A DNA stretch of 64,000 nucleotides, from contig CAZCVI010000029.1 of assembly GCA_964502145.1 (NCBI GenBank), forward strand, positions 9,431-73,430. The letters run 5' to 3'. Of the stretch, positions 62,408-64,000 are shown piece by piece; within the stretch, counting starts at the first letter, position 1, and the number at the start of each line of letters is the position of its first letter. The notes under the pieces were generated by a model. It did not search any database and was not told the origin of the DNA. It saw only the letters and a list, made by a program, of their open reading frames with translations. The DNA is from an uncultured Clostridia bacterium. Lineage in GTDB: Bacteria > Acidobacteriota > Aminicenantia > UBA2199. A program made the translations under genes and the position numbers.

Positions 62408-64000
62408 ATGATTACGCGGGTAAAGCTTGACTATTTTAAGCGGTTTCAAGAAGAAACATTTATTCTGGACAACACCATCATTCTGGCGGGTCCGAATAAC
62501 AGTGGTAAAACCACTCTATTGCAAGCGATTTCAGTTTGGAACTTAGTCTTACAAAAATGGCTTTCCGCCCATTCTGGATCTGCCAATGGCAAACACAGGG
62601 CGGGCGTGCCTATTTCCAGGCAAGATTTCACTTCCATTCCCATGCGCGAAATGAACTTGCTCTGGTCTGATCGTGATACAGGGTACAGCAAAGATGAAAA
62701 ACCTGGCTTCAAACCGGGCTATCCGAAACTGGCCGCTATTTCCATTTACGGAGAAACACCGGGTCACGGCGAGTGGCACTTAAAAGCGACACTACGATAT
62801 GCCAATAAAGAATTAATCTACGTCAAACTAACCGATGAACAATCGAATCCCATTGACGAAATCCCCCCGGCTGCGAAAGAGTTAAAAATCGTTCATGTTC
62901 CCCCTTTTTCGGGAATTGGCGCAGAGGAAACAGGATTGCAATTGGGATATCAGAACCGTTTGATAGGCCAAGGAAAACCGGGCGATATATTGCGCAATCT
63001 ACTCTTGGAAGTATTTAAAAAAAAAAGTCCCACCACCACCGATTGGAACTCGTTAACAACTGATATAAAAGAGTTGTTCGGTTATGAATTACTCGAACCA
63101 ATATATTCAGAGGAGACAGATCCCTTTATTCGTATTGAATATCGTGAAGTTTCGGGAAATTTTCGTAAACCCTTTGATATTGCGTCGGCGGGAAGTGGAT
63201 TTCATCAAGTGTTGACATTATTCGGGTTCCTTTATGCGCGGGAAGCATCGGTATTGTTGTTGGATGAACCGGATGCGCATCAGCATGTGATTTTGCAGCG
63301 ACAGGTATATGATCGGTTACGTGGTACAGCGGCAAGAAAGGGGTGTCAATTAATCGTTTCCACCCATTCCGAGATTATTCTTGAAGATACAGCCCCGGAA
63401 CACATCCTTTCCTTTTACGGTCGTCCCCATCGTCTTGCCGTAAACACCCATCGTGACCAAGTACGTGAAGCACTGAAACGTCTCTCTTCGTCTGATCTAT
63501 TGGCAGCAGAAAATAAGCGGAATATCCTTTATGTTGAAGATGAATCAGATTTCAAAATTCTCAATCAATTAGCCATAAGAGCGGAACATAAGATGAAGGA
63601 TTTTTTTGCAAAACCATTTTACTATGCCATACACGGACGGGATGTTCGAGAAGCAAAAAACCATCTGTTTGCCCTCAAATCCATCCATCCGAATATTCGC
63701 GGAGTGCTGCTTTTGGATGGTGATAATAAAAATCTCTCGGAACACGAAATCTCTGCGGACGATTTGCAGATTCTCAGGTGGCAGAGATATGAAATAGAAA
63801 ATTATTTTTTTTATCCGGTAGCGTTATACCGTTTTATTGAAAGTGCCGTACCGCATTTATCTTCCGGTGTCAGCAGAAATGTAGCAGAAGAATACCTGCA
63901 TCAGAATCTTTCTCCTGAAGCGATAATGAACCCTTTGGGTGATGATGACTATTTGGTAAGAATTCCTTTCAGTAAAAAATTATTACCCGTGATGCTTGAA
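62408..64000 (+). CDS. ABC/AAA-type ATPase with a C-terminal TOPRIM-like region (OLD-family / PARIS-fusion-like), 3'-truncated by the window end
   Basis: Not in the ORF track because no stop falls within the window. I translated 531 codons with no stop. Motifs: ILAGPNNSGKTTLLQAI (Walker A), GSGFHQVL, VLLLDEPDAHQH (Walker B/D-loop), VSTHSEIIL (H-loop), then ILYVEDESDFKIL and GVLLLDGDNKN (Glu ... DxD, TOPRIM-like). Confidence 0.7.
   Translation, partial: MITRVKLDYFKRFQEETFILDNTIILAGPNNSGKTTLLQAISVWNLVLQKWLSAHSGSANGKHRAGVPISRQDFTSIPMREMNLLWSDRDTGYSKDEKPGFKPGYPKLAAISIYGETPGHGEWHLKATLRYANKELIYVKLTDEQSNPIDEIPPAAKELKIVHVPPFSGIGAEETGLQLGYQNRLIGQGKPGDILRNLLLEVFKKKSPTTTDWNSLTTDIKELFGYELLEPIYSEETDPFIRIEYREVSGNFRKPFDIASAGSGFHQVLTLFGFLYAREASVLLLDEPDAHQHVILQRQVYDRLRGTAARKGCQLIVSTHSEIILEDTAPEHILSFYGRPHRLAVNTHRDQVREALKRLSSSDLLAAENKRNILYVEDESDFKILNQLAIRAEHKMKDFFAKPFYYAIHGRDVREAKNHLFALKSIHPNIRGVLLLDGDNKNLSEHEISADDLQILRWQRYEIENYFFYPVALYRFIESAVPHLSSGVSRNVAEEYLHQNLSPEAIMNPLGDDDYLVRIPFSKKLLPVMLE

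Overview
This is a 64-kb window from a bacterial chromosome that looks environmental or uncultured. Genes use Shine-Dalgarno ribosome-binding sites, and many have readable TTGACA-N17-TATAAT promoters. I found no rRNA, tRNA, CRISPR array or intact mobile element.

Layout:
- (1) 185-12,679: a five-gene co-directional locus. It encodes an exported TPR-CHAT protease, a SIR2-like+TIR fusion, an nSTAND-type NTPase joined through one TM helix to TPR-CHAT, an exported caspase with a DUF4384-like tail, and a secreted CCCC-motif protein. This is my best candidate for an undescribed conflict or programmed-death system, with a predicted trans-envelope topology.
- (2) 12,966-37,601: a large envelope and glycosylation region. 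It holds two poly-proline lipoprotein paralogs, a GT-C glycosyltransferase, a TerB-like protein and two paralogous small peptide genes with their own promoters. These are followed by a propeller/Y_Y_Y-PP2C sensor coupled to a radical SAM/SPASM enzyme, and a GT2 + SDR + GMC oxidoreductase trio. Further on are an OMP, a mosaic gene remnant, a methyltransferase, a sigma54-driven unknown gene, and two paralogous propeller-PKD-Fn3 surface proteins flanking an adaptor(HlyD-like)-OMP fusion.
- (3) 37,690-42,731, minus strand, visibly A+T-richer: an AAA/PD-(D/E)XK protein and a GG-Bacteroidales-type RiPP cluster (Cys-rich precursor, pseudo-rSAM, rSAM/SPASM maturase).
- (4) 43,171-46,963: an AmmeMemoRadiSam operon with an inserted DUF362 gene and export signals.
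- (5) 46,988-62,289: mostly housekeeping. Genes here are an FlbD-like protein with a KDRG repeat tail, rnc, a HAMP-PP2C phosphatase, PMM/PGM, a lipid kinase, a lytic transglycosylase, alaS, pilT, a PilZ protein, a CCA/poly(A)-polymerase-family HD protein, a ferredoxin and a HEMGH peptidase.
- (6) 62,408-64,000: a 3'-truncated ABC-ATPase with a TOPRIM-like region (OLD/PARIS-like).

A recurring non-coding signal runs through the window. Short distinct words (ATTCGTGG, AATCTGTGG, GTCCACATC, GTCCAG, GATAGAAT, ATGGGAR, GTAGATTATT) are repeated at 9-, 10- or 15-bp phase, mostly just upstream of promoters or starts. Some of the same words recur at distant loci.

All domain calls come from motif reading by eye, and no searches were run.
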